Part shown: positions 19,433-29,400 of the stretch, one piece after another
Position numbering within the stretch: the first letter of the stretch is position 1
Layout of the letters: each line of letters opens with the position of its first letter
Source: a virus
Lineage: Duplodnaviria > Caudoviricetes
Reading direction: 5' to 3' (one strand)
IMG/VR virus record: IMGVR_UViG_3300043219_000134
Coordinates: 1 to 59,972 of that record
DNA: 59,972 nucleotides
Translations under genes and position numbers: made by a program
The notes under the pieces: model-generated
Databases searched by the model: none
Told to the model about the DNA's origin: nothing
Seen by the model: only the letters and a program-made list of their open reading frames with translations

Positions 19433-20274
19433 TGAACAATGGAATATGGAATAAAGAAAGAGGTCCAATAGGAGTAACCGGAGATACCGGACCAATCGGT
19501 CCAGATGGTCCTGTCTTCGATGGAAGTACTCCACTAGATGAATTGACTGTAAACGGTTTAACTGAATTAAACTCCGGTACAGCTAATACTACACTTGCAT
19601 TAACATCAAGCGATGCTTCTTGTTCTTTAATAATGTCTGATGATACTACAACATTAGTATCTACATTAGTAAAGACAGGTAATGCCTTATCAATAAACGG
19701 TAGTGGTGGTAATGTTTTAATAAAGTCTTTCACTGACAACGGAGACCTCCTACAAGTTGGGTCAAATACAAATAGTTCAGCTAGTCTTGGTAGAGTTGCA
19801 CTTTATGGAACTAACTTTAATGCGTATTTATCACATTATGCATATAAAGGTTCAGAAACTAATTACTCCATTAGAATGGAATCTGATGGGGATCTAAGAC
19901 TAAATGCTATAACAGGTAAAGCTGTTTCAATTACTAATAATAACTCAATTGTAGCAACATTCTCAGGTACAGATATTAGTTTATTAAAGCCTGTTACTAT
20001 AAGTGATTTCTTATCAGTAGACTATTCTTCTGTAGGAGGTACAGTAGCCCAGTTCATAAATAATGATAGTAATGGTTACGGTATCCTAGTAAAATTACCA
20101 AATAATACAACAGGTGGTCAATATATTTTAGAGGCCAGAGTAGGATCTTCTACAACTAGATTTAAAGTAGCGGCAGATGGTAACGTTTTTATGCCCGGAC
20201 TCCCTACAAGTAATCCTAACTCAGCTGGAGCATTATGGAATAGTTCTGGTACAGTTATGATAAGTGCAGGGTAG
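19432..20274 (+). CDS. Tail fibre/spike protein with short collagen-like repeat
   Basis: GPIGVTGDTGPIGPDGP; C-terminal LPTSNP..AGALW. Confidence 0.7.
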   Translation: MNNGIWNKERGPIGVTGDTGPIGPDGPVFDGSTPLDELTVNGLTELNSGTANTTLALTSSDASCSLIMSDDTTTLVSTLVKTGNALSINGSGGNVLIKSFTDNGDLLQVGSNTNSSASLGRVALYGTNFNAYLSHYAYKGSETNYSIRMESDGDLRLNAITGKAVSITNNNSIVATFSGTDISLLKPVTISDFLSVDYSSVGGTVAQFINNDSNGYGILVKLPNNTTGGQYILEARVGSSTTRFKVAADGNVFMPGLPTSNPNSAGALWNSSGTVMISAG

Positions 20275-20276
20275 AG

Positions 20277-20305
20277 TTGCTTTTTTAAGTTAAAAAGGGT
20301 ATACT
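20277..20305 (+). promoter_or_regulatory. Sigma70-type promoter inside the late arm
   Basis: TTGCTT-17 bp-TATACT. Confidence 0.55.
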
Positions 20306-20332
20306 AGAATTAATTAATATAGGAGAAATATA

Positions 20333-20497
20333 ATGAAAATAACATGTGATGAAGCCGGAAAGAAGGCGATAGATTCTTTATGCGATGTTACGCTTAAGGC
20401 TGGCGGAGTAAGTAATTTAACTTTCGTAATAGAAGTATTACAATCCGCAACAGTTGAAGAAACAGTAAAAGTTAAAGAATCAGATATTAAAGAATAA
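20333..20497 (+). CDS. 54-aa protein missing from the ORF track
   Basis: AGGAG SD; MKITCDEAGKKAIDSLCDVTLKAGG...KESDIKE. Confidence 0.75.
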   Translation: MKITCDEAGKKAIDSLCDVTLKAGGVSNLTFVIEVLQSATVEETVKVKESDIKE

Positions 20498-20549
20498 TAA
20501 TGAAACGGGGGAGAGTGGATCTTTTCCTCGACTAGCATAGGGGTACTGA

Positions 20550-20804
20550 ATGGATTCAGAGATTAGGACAGACGTAGAGATTTTGAAGAAACAAATATTT
20601 GGCAACGGCGTAAAAGGCGCTTTGACTCGAATTGAAAATCTTGAAGAGCAAATTGATAAATTGGAGATTTACATGGAGAAGTCATTTAGTGATAAGATTC
20701 AAATGGTTTTAGAAAAAATTGAAGAACGACGAAAGTTTAATGTGGGACAAGCCTTGGTTATTATAGGGCTGGTTGCTAATATCGCTGTCGGTCTGATGAG
20801 TTAG
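20550..20804 (+). CDS. Coiled-coil protein with C-terminal TM helix
   Basis: FGNG..G..TR..NLE then a hydrophobic C-terminus. Confidence 0.7.
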   Translation: MDSEIRTDVEILKKQIFGNGVKGALTRIENLEEQIDKLEIYMEKSFSDKIQMVLEKIEERRKFNVGQALVIIGLVANIAVGLMS

Positions 20805-20813
20805 GAGAAAGAT

Positions 20814-21668
20814 ATGGAATATATGAACGACATAAATGGTGTCGAAACAGATAAAGATATTGGTCTTGCTATATCAATGGGTATCTTGCCCGGATATACT
20901 AAGGTCACTAAATACGGGATCAATCCAGTAGTTACTACTCTAAGTGACCCAGAGACTATGTGGGAAGCTGGCGGAACATACATTTATGATGCTTGGGGAA
21001 CAGCCCCGATTATGTATATGAGTTCTAGCTCGACTTCGGACGTAGGACAAAATATAAGAATAATAGGTTTAGACATTAACGGGTATGAAGTTACGCAGTT
21101 TGCAATAACAACTGGACAAACTAATGTAATACTAGATACTCCACTTTGGCGTGTCTATAAGATGACTAATCTTTCTGCTGAAGGTCTGAGTACTGTAGGT
21201 ACAACCTATGTTCATACGGATATTGCTCCTACAACTGGAGTTCCTTTAGCGGCCAATAATAGAGCTATAATTGTTGAAGGTAAGAATAGTACATTAATGA
21301 CTATGACTACTATACCTAGAGGTAAGGTAGGCTTTCTCATGAGAGCTGAAGCTGGTGTTCAACTAGATGGAAATAATGCGGCAGCCTTGGCTGAGTTTGC
21401 ACATCTTCATTTTGACTTGAGACCATTAGGACTAAACTTTATTACCCAGAAGGCTGTAACATGTATAGTCGGCGGTAATACAACGTATAGTGATACAAGA
21501 GTTTTTCCAGATGCAATAACAGAACTTGCAGATCTAAAGATGACAGTCGATGAAGTTTCGGCTGCAATGGGTCTTTGGGGAGCATTCGAGCTTATGCTAG
21601 TAGACGAGAAATACTTTACACTAGCCTTCCTTGAGAGTATAAACCAACCATTCCCAAGGGACGAATAA
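20814..21668 (+). CDS. Conserved phage structural-type protein
   Basis: 284-aa ORF with AGGAG SD; SSSSTSD..IIGLD motif. Confidence 0.7.
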   Translation: MEYMNDINGVETDKDIGLAISMGILPGYTKVTKYGINPVVTTLSDPETMWEAGGTYIYDAWGTAPIMYMSSSSTSDVGQNIRIIGLDINGYEVTQFAITTGQTNVILDTPLWRVYKMTNLSAEGLSTVGTTYVHTDIAPTTGVPLAANNRAIIVEGKNSTLMTMTTIPRGKVGFLMRAEAGVQLDGNNAAALAEFAHLHFDLRPLGLNFITQKAVTCIVGGNTTYSDTRVFPDAITELADLKMTVDEVSAAMGLWGAFELMLVDEKYFTLAFLESINQPFPRDE

Positions 21669-21706
21669 ATATTCGGGGGATAAATCTCCCCCGTCGGAGT
21701 TAAAAT

Positions 21707-22192
21707 ATGACAAAAAATTATATACCGCAACAAACCTCTAAGTGGTTTCCACGGCAGATACAGCGTTACGGATGTTATTTTCTATCTATTCTATGGGGTG
21801 CTACAAAATACCTCGATAAGTCTTTGAAACCAAGTGAGGTTTTACAGATTTTCGAAGAGGCTATAGAGAAAGAATATATGACATTTTCATGCTACGTTAA
21901 GAACCCTGCTAAAGTAGGAACACTTGGTTTAGAAATACTGGGATCAAATGATAGATTTTACTATGTCGGATCAGAGAGAGATGGCAAGCTAGATATATAC
22001 AATGATACACTATCTGATAGTATAAATCATACTGTTGACAATATAGAGATAATGTGGGAAGATAAGAAGGGTTCTCTTAGGAACGGATCACATTTTGTGA
22101 CACAAGACTATAATCCAGATACAAGACTTATACCGACTGGTAAGATATTCGGTCACAGATACTTTAAAATAGGAGAACCCAATGTTAAATAA
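21707..22192 (+). CDS. DUF261-like / C39-type Cys peptidase, candidate endolysin
   Basis: Q...IQRYGCYFLS catalytic-Cys motif, HFV..DYNP; adjacent to holin. Confidence 0.55.
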   Translation: MTKNYIPQQTSKWFPRQIQRYGCYFLSILWGATKYLDKSLKPSEVLQIFEEAIEKEYMTFSCYVKNPAKVGTLGLEILGSNDRFYYVGSERDGKLDIYNDTLSDSINHTVDNIEIMWEDKKGSLRNGSHFVTQDYNPDTRLIPTGKIFGHRYFKIGEPNVK

Positions 22193-22394
22193 AGGAAACG
22201 GTTTTTTCAGTGATGCAGATGGAAACCTATCAATGGCTAGACTAACTACATTTGTATGTATGTTAGGAGGAGCTTACAATACAGCTTTCATACCTTTTTC
22301 AGATAATGCAGATGTATGTGTAACAGCAGCTTTAGCATTATTTACAATAGCAGTAGGTGGGAAGGCTATCACTAAAGTAACGGAGAGGAAATAA
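22182..22394 (+). CDS. Putative holin
   Basis: 70 aa, two TM segments, D.DG.LSM.R motif, basic tail. Confidence 0.7.
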   Translation: MLNKGNGFFSDADGNLSMARLTTFVCMLGGAYNTAFIPFSDNADVCVTAALALFTIAVGGKAITKVTERK

Positions 22395-22395
22395 T

Positions 22396-24450
22396 ATGCC
22401 TAATACAAATATACCGATTCGACCTCTTAATAAGGGTATGATTCGGAACTTGCCTTCACAGGCACTACCTAAAGGAGCAGTATTAGATTCTGGTAACTTT
22501 AATGTAACCACTAATGGTCTAAAGGCTAGAGGTGGTTTTTCACCGTTAATACAACCTCCTGAATTGGTAAGTCCACTAATCAATGAACAATTTGATTACG
22601 TTTTGGGAGATGTTCAGAATACATTTCTATTCCAACAGAATGACGGTCAGACGGAGTTACTTACATCAACTAATGAAGCCCTATATAAGGTTAAGAAGGA
22701 CGATGATATTTATGAGAGAATCTCATTCGGAGGTACACTAGATGCAGTGACTGTTTCTACGATAAATACCGACGAGATCGAGATTACACAACTAATAGGT
22801 GGAGCACCTCCAGAAGGAACTGCCTATGTAGACATGGGAAACTCTATTACAGAGCCTCTACGTCTAGGTGACTATATTAGATATGGTTCAGAATATGGAA
22901 TTATACAAGAACTAAGCGCAGATGCCACCTACTATAGAATACGTATAACTGTGGATAATCACCTACTATGGGACGGAGCTGGACCAGTTACTTTGGACTC
23001 AGAGTTGAACTTTAAAGTAGGGGATCAGTACAAGCTAGACCATGCCCAAGTTAATGGAATTGATACTAATAGTATTGTATTTACTGCTAATAGGGGATTA
23101 AGTCTAGCTGTATACGACGTATCTGGAATACTTACGCCCTATTTAATGGATAGTACTTCTAGTGTAGAGGAACAGTTTGATATAATAGTTACTGACGCGA
23201 AAGTTTCACGATGGTACAAAAACCGACTTTGGATAGCTAACACAATCGAAGACGGGGGAGTACATCGTCAAAGAGTTCGATGGAGTGATGCAACGACCTA
23301 TTTAAATCTAGCTTCGGCAAAACGATTTAGACCGGAAAACTATGTAGACTTAAATGACTCAATGGGCGAAGTATTAGCTATTTATCCAATGGGTGAACAA
23401 CTAATAGTTTATTGCAGTGATGCAGTCTATTATGGACGAGCGAGTCATTACAATAATTTACCTTATTTATTCAATAAAATTAATACACCTAACATAGGTC
23501 TTGTCGGTCAGAGTGCAGTTACACCTTGGATCGATGGACATTACTTTGTTGGGCAAGATGATATTTACTTTCTAAATGCTGCATCTAGTATGCAACCAAT
23601 AGGGAGTACAATTTTAAGTTTGACTTTGGATGTTTGCTTTAATAAGGCAGGGATTGACGTTAGACCAGATCCGGCAAATGACCGGATTGTTTTCCTGTTT
23701 CCAGAGGATACAGGAGAGAGCGATTTAAATAAGAGAAATGCCGCAGCAAAACTATATACATTTAACTATAAGACTGGTGCATGGAGCTATCTAGAAGCGT
23801 CATACGACGACACACCTACAGGAAAGGACTACAAGTACTACTTTGGGTCTATAAGCTCTTCTATGCTCTATTCTGGGCACACAGACTGGCAAGACGAGAT
23901 AGACTTGGAACCAGTTGGTTTAGATCAACCAGCGACGACTTATACTTGGGACAGGTGGAAGATAACTACTTCAACTTGGAACGGACTAAAGGATGGGCAA
24001 CTATCGGATCATACATTCCTATTTGGACTTGTATTCAGAGATCCTACCCTACCTGATGTATTAACTACAGACCTATATGTGGAGTTAAAGAACTCTGGCG
24101 CAGATGTCTTAGGTTATCAGGGCGTACTCTCCCCCGTCAGAAAGATATTCGTAAGTGCAGATTATGACTTCGATATACCGGATGACAATAAGCAGATAAA
24201 TAGATTCTCTATTAAACTGGAGAAGCACGTTATAGATAATACTTTATTTAACGCTTGGGTCTCAAACGATAGGGGTTATTCTTATAAGCCTATAGATCAG
24301 ATAATGATTCTTTCAGGTAAGGATGAGGGTAAAGTAAACTTTAGATCAAAGGGTTCGACATTTAGATTTAAGATAGAGTCGGACAATTTAAAAATAAATA
24401 CAATAAACGAATTCGTAATTAGATTATCGAAACGTGGTAAGGAGATATAA
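22396..24450 (+). CDS. Tail nozzle / tail tubular protein B-like
   Basis: 684-aa beta-rich protein (NRLW..N, VRWSD, FNYKTGAWS) before ejection proteins. Confidence 0.7.
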   Translation: MPNTNIPIRPLNKGMIRNLPSQALPKGAVLDSGNFNVTTNGLKARGGFSPLIQPPELVSPLINEQFDYVLGDVQNTFLFQQNDGQTELLTSTNEALYKVKKDDDIYERISFGGTLDAVTVSTINTDEIEITQLIGGAPPEGTAYVDMGNSITEPLRLGDYIRYGSEYGIIQELSADATYYRIRITVDNHLLWDGAGPVTLDSELNFKVGDQYKLDHAQVNGIDTNSIVFTANRGLSLAVYDVSGILTPYLMDSTSSVEEQFDIIVTDAKVSRWYKNRLWIANTIEDGGVHRQRVRWSDATTYLNLASAKRFRPENYVDLNDSMGEVLAIYPMGEQLIVYCSDAVYYGRASHYNNLPYLFNKINTPNIGLVGQSAVTPWIDGHYFVGQDDIYFLNAASSMQPIGSTILSLTLDVCFNKAGIDVRPDPANDRIVFLFPEDTGESDLNKRNAAAKLYTFNYKTGAWSYLEASYDDTPTGKDYKYYFGSISSSMLYSGHTDWQDEIDLEPVGLDQPATTYTWDRWKITTSTWNGLKDGQLSDHTFLFGLVFRDPTLPDVLTTDLYVELKNSGADVLGYQGVLSPVRKIFVSADYDFDIPDDNKQINRFSIKLEKHVIDNTLFNAWVSNDRGYSYKPIDQIMILSGKDEGKVNFRSKGSTFRFKIESDNLKINTINEFVIRLSKRGKEI

Positions 24451-24451
24451 A

Positions 24452-25429
24452 ATGGCAGATTCAACAGCTGGAGCAGGATTATCAGCAGGTGGAGACATAG
24501 CTGGAATACTTTCGGCATTAATGCAAATTATTGGGACACCGGAAAATAAACTTGGTGATCCTAGTGATGTTACAAATATAAATCAGGCGCAGACAGACCA
24601 GATGATTCAGCAATTGACTCAGATATTGGGTCAGTCTCAAGCGCAGACAGATCAATTTGCACAAGGTGCAGGAGCAGGTTTTGGTCAATTAGGCCAACAA
24701 GGTCAGACAGCTTTTAATCAAGGTGGTCAAGCATTTGGTCAAGGTCTTGGACAAGCACAGGGAGCAGCTAATAGATTAGGTAGTCTTCAAGGACAACTTG
24801 CGAATATGCCCGGATTTGATCCGAGTGGTGCAACAGATATCTTTCAACAGAATATACCAATCTTTCAGGACTTGGCTAATCAAGCTAGATCAGAGGCATT
24901 AAGTTCATTTGAACGACCAGCGGCAACACAAGCGTTGTTTCAGTCAGATCAGAATGTTCAAGGAGCAGCAAATCAATTTGCAGGTCTAGGTGCAGCGACT
25001 AGTGGGGCAGCAGCCTCAGCAGCAGCTCAGGGAGCAATAGCTCCACTATTAGCCTTAGACCAGCAGAGAGCAGCCTTAGGTACACAAGCATTTCAGAGTA
25101 CATTTAATCCACTACTTCAACAGGGACAGCAACTTGCGTCTCAGGAGAACCAATTTGGGTTCAATGCAGGCATTAATCAGTTACTACAACTTATTGGTGC
25201 AGCTCAAAGTCAAGGTCAATTGGGACTAGGTACAGCACAAGCTGGAGCAGGTCAACAGGCTCTTGGACAACAAGGTCAGATAGCAGGTGCAGGTGGATTA
25301 GCAGGATTAAGCTCTCTATATGCAGGATTACAAGGTGGAGCACTAAGTGGATTGGCAGGTTTAAGTCAACCAGAGTTCTTTGCACCAGCAATACAACCAG
25401 CTACCGGAATACAGGCGTGGTTACAATAA
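24452..25429 (+). CDS. Gln/Gly/Ala-rich internal virion (ejection) protein
   Basis: Composition and synteny; AAGGAG SD before MADST. Confidence 0.65.
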   Translation: MADSTAGAGLSAGGDIAGILSALMQIIGTPENKLGDPSDVTNINQAQTDQMIQQLTQILGQSQAQTDQFAQGAGAGFGQLGQQGQTAFNQGGQAFGQGLGQAQGAANRLGSLQGQLANMPGFDPSGATDIFQQNIPIFQDLANQARSEALSSFERPAATQALFQSDQNVQGAANQFAGLGAATSGAAASAAAQGAIAPLLALDQQRAALGTQAFQSTFNPLLQQGQQLASQENQFGFNAGINQLLQLIGAAQSQGQLGLGTAQAGAGQQALGQQGQIAGAGGLAGLSSLYAGLQGGALSGLAGLSQPEFFAPAIQPATGIQAWLQ

Positions 25430-25439
25430 GGGGAAAATA

Positions 25440-26426
25440 ATGGCGATATCATCACCACAAATAGTACAACCAACTAATACGGGCAGCAATGCCCTTATGC
25501 AGTTGGCTCAGATACTAGGTCAATCAGGACAATTTAAACAAAGTCAGGCATTAGATAGAGATAAATTAGCACAGCAACAAAGTCAGTTTGATATTAGTAA
25601 TAACTTGGCTAGAGAAGCAGATATCTTAAAACGAGAACAAGATGCTAAAGATCAGATTACTAAAGTTGCTCAAGCAAAATATGATAGATACTTAGATATA
25701 CCTTCAAGCAACCTTTTTCAGAATGAAGCAGCTATGGCTGACTTCTTGCAAGCTGGTATAGACGTAGGACAGTTTACAGCAGATTCAACCTTTGATGAGA
25801 TCAGAGCAGTATTATCTGATACTAAGGGTGAAACTATAGATATAAGGAAGGCTAATTTAGCGGATGATAGGTTTGCTTGGGACAAGTGGAAATGGAAGCA
25901 AGATTTTGATCTTAAACTTAACGATGCTAGTGTATCTCCAGCGGATAAAATGTTCTTAGCTCAGATGGGACGTATACAAGAAGTATTAATGAATACTCCT
26001 GCAGAAGATCGTGGAAAGATAATCCTTACTAATAAGTGGGACGAGATAGCAGACAACTTTAATGAGACAATAGCGGCAAAGAATAATTGGGAACCAATAA
26101 ATATTTCAGCAGAAGATGTTGGTGACTTTAAGTTTTGGACACCTAGATTTACATCAGAAATATCTGTAGGTACTCAAAAGGTTGTACCAAAACCTGTTCT
26201 TAGTCCGGGATTAAAAGAGCAAACTATAGAACTAGCTCTAGGCGGTGACAAAGATGCTCAGGCTAAACTAGAAGCCGCTGGTATAAATATTGATGCACAA
26301 GTTTTAGAAAGACAAAATAGAAACAAAGATAGACTAGACGAATTTGAAATTTTAAACAATAAACTAGTACCTAATACCCCAGCTCAACTTGATTTTAATC
26401 CATATTCAGCTGGTTTATCATTTTAA
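25440..26426 (+). CDS. Internal virion protein
   Basis: Q-rich coiled N-terminus; synteny. Confidence 0.6.
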   Translation: MAISSPQIVQPTNTGSNALMQLAQILGQSGQFKQSQALDRDKLAQQQSQFDISNNLAREADILKREQDAKDQITKVAQAKYDRYLDIPSSNLFQNEAAMADFLQAGIDVGQFTADSTFDEIRAVLSDTKGETIDIRKANLADDRFAWDKWKWKQDFDLKLNDASVSPADKMFLAQMGRIQEVLMNTPAEDRGKIILTNKWDEIADNFNETIAAKNNWEPINISAEDVGDFKFWTPRFTSEISVGTQKVVPKPVLSPGLKEQTIELALGGDKDAQAKLEAAGINIDAQVLERQNRNKDRLDEFEILNNKLVPNTPAQLDFNPYSAGLSF

Positions 26427-26438
26427 AAGGAGCCTAAC

Positions 26439-29400
26439 ATGGCAGATGAAAATACAATACCAATTAGCTTTAATGCTAAGTTAGACTATGCTGGTGAAAA
26501 TGAAAATAGATTTAATGAACGTATTACAACTATGGTCAATTCAGGGTATGATACCTCAATCTTAGATTGGGAGTATCCCCTTTATGAAGCTAATCAGACA
26601 CCAACTTTCATTACTTCACCAGAAGATAATCCAATATTAAAAGAAATGATTATGGCTAGAGAGTTTATGGTGAATCCAAACGTAAAGGATGATCCTTTAT
26701 TTCAGGATGCCTATGATGTATTCTCTAAACGTGGCATAAAAGATGCCGCTGTTAATGCAACCTTTGCTAGTGCTATGGCACATAAACTAGGTGACGTAAT
26801 TGACGGTAATCAAAACTCGTATAGTCTAGATAAACTAGATCATGACTCACAGAAGGCTTATGCATGGGCTAGAGCAACACAGGCACAGTATGAGCCAGAA
26901 GTATTTAGACAGTCTAAGACGGGGGAGTTTTTACAGACTTCCGCTGGACTTTTAATAGACGTTGTATCACTTAATCAGTTAGTAGCTGGAGATATGAAAA
27001 CCGTAGCTAAAGCTATACAAACTAAAAACTCTGCTCAAGCTAACTCCGTTTTCGGAAAGGCAGTAGTGGAGCACTTAATTAAGTCTGTGGGTACAAAACA
27101 ATTACCTAAAAGACTAGCAACAGGTGCGAAAGTTCTTACTACAGCGGCCGAAGATATCTTCGTCGGATTAGGAATTGCAACTAGAGATTTAATGATAGAG
27201 GATAGACCGGAAGGTCAAGCCTTTAAAGAGATAGCGATGGAGTTCGGTAAGGATTTCGGAGTAGGTTTAGGTCTAGATATGGCAATTAATACACTAATGA
27301 ACGTGGCTTTCCCTGCCGCTAAGATAGGCGGAAAAATCTTTTTCGACTGGGCAGGTAGAGGTAAGAATGTAGTTAAGAACGGGGATATTAATATTACTAA
27401 AATAGTCGAGGATGTTACATCGGCTCTTAGAGGTGAATTAGACCCAAATAATATAACGGATCTTAAAGCTAGAGGATTTGGAGAGACTGCTGAAAACCTA
27501 GAAGCGGCTCAAAGAAGAATCAAAGCAATTAATACATCTAAAGGCTTAGGTCAGAATGAACTAGCTTTGGCTCAAGCAACAGGTATGAAACTAAATATGG
27601 ACATCACCGAAATTGACGGAGGATTCAAGATAGTTAAGCATGCCGGAACTAAAACGAAGACTAAAACATTTACACATATCAAGGATGTATTCAAAGAATT
27701 AGATAACGACCTAATGAAAGGTCTTGTAAGAAACCCTAAAGACATTCATGAGATAGCATCAACAATGAATGACTTAAGAGTAACTCAAAGATTTCACGGT
27801 CCGGTTACATCTGACAAAGTAAAACTAAACTTGGGTGAGTTTACTCAATCAGTTATGCCAAAGACAGGAGCATTTAATGCTCGTTCTAAAAATGAGGCTT
27901 TACGTTATGTAAAGAATGCAATAAATGAACTAGGCGAAGGGGCACAAAAGTCTTTAGATGGTCTAAAGGTAGAACTTAAAGATGACTTCTTTAAGAACTT
28001 ACCAAACACTAACTCGGATGAACTCTTCCTCCCCCGTCAGATTGGATCAGCAATGGAGCAAAGTCAGTACTTAAAGTACATTGGCGATTTCATTACTAAT
28101 CATGGGACTGCAATTAATAAGGAAGGTCTAGAGGGGATTATAAAAACTCTTGGGGATACCGTTGGTAAATGGTCTCTTAGAGATCCTGAATGGGTAGCAA
28201 AGCAGGCTGCTACAAAAAGTATAAAGATACAACAAGAAGACGGAATCTTTTATGCTATAGACGAACTCGGAACTAGATCCTTTGAATCAGAAGACCTACT
28301 AGGTAATTATATTTACTCCAAGACTATAACAGATGATGAATATGCTAACTTTTTAGCTAAGAGTAAACACTATACTGTAGTACCAGATGAAAAGGCAGGT
28401 CTAATAAGGGTTCTAAATCCTTTTAAGGATACAGTAGCTATAGGATCTTCTATTGAAGATATCATGGCTAAAAATCCTTTACTAAGACCTAAATATCCTT
28501 TGGAGACTGGTCCAAGAATAGCCTTTATTACTGATAATACTAGAGATGTAGTACTTACAGGAGATTTTATTGAGAGTTCTGCGTCAGGTATACAAAAATA
28601 CATGGACAAATATGCAGATATGAAAATTACTGCGGACATATTAGATCATAAAAAATCTAAGAAGTACGTAAATGAAGCAGGGAAACGAGTGTCAGTGAAC
28701 GTTAAAAAAAGATCATGGCTTGTCGAGTCCCCTTCTACAGGAATGAAACCAAAAATATTCAAATCTGAAAAAGAGCTTAAGAAATTTCTAAACACTATAA
28801 ATACACCTGAGAAAACCTTGATGCACGTTGGTGCCCAGAAAGGTGTTGCAATAACTGCTACTCCAAATGGTTACATAGTAACTAAAGCTGGTCTTCCAGA
28901 TCAAGTACTGAAAAGCTATAATGATACTTTAGAATATATACGTAAACTACCTAATCAGGCAGAAATGCCAGAGGCTTTAAAAAGATCACAAGTTTATACC
29001 GATCAAGCGGAAGCAGCTTTTGGTGGTGAGTTTAAAAATATAGATTCTAAGAACTTTTCAACAGATCAAAATAAAGCAGAACTAGCTAAAGCCTTTGAGG
29101 AGCAAGATAGAAATTTCTTCTCCAAAGGTAAATCTAAAATAGGCAAAGGCTTATCCAATATATATGCATATGTACGTGATTCTAGATCTAAAATATTTTC
29201 AATCACTAAGGGTAGACCAGACCTGATCCCTTTGAATGGTAAATACAATAACATTGTAGAACTTACTAAAAAGGTTCAAACGATTCAGGCAACTACTCAT
29301 AACTCTTTAAATCAATTAGGTAAATTAGTACCGGAGACTAGACGTAAAGAATTAGGAACCCTCTTAAGCAAAGAGTTACCCGAAACTGAATGGGCAACCC

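Noticed and set aside
16776-20274. Diversity-generating retroelement or invertible fibre cassette
   Set aside because: No reverse transcriptase, recombinase or TR/VR pair seen.
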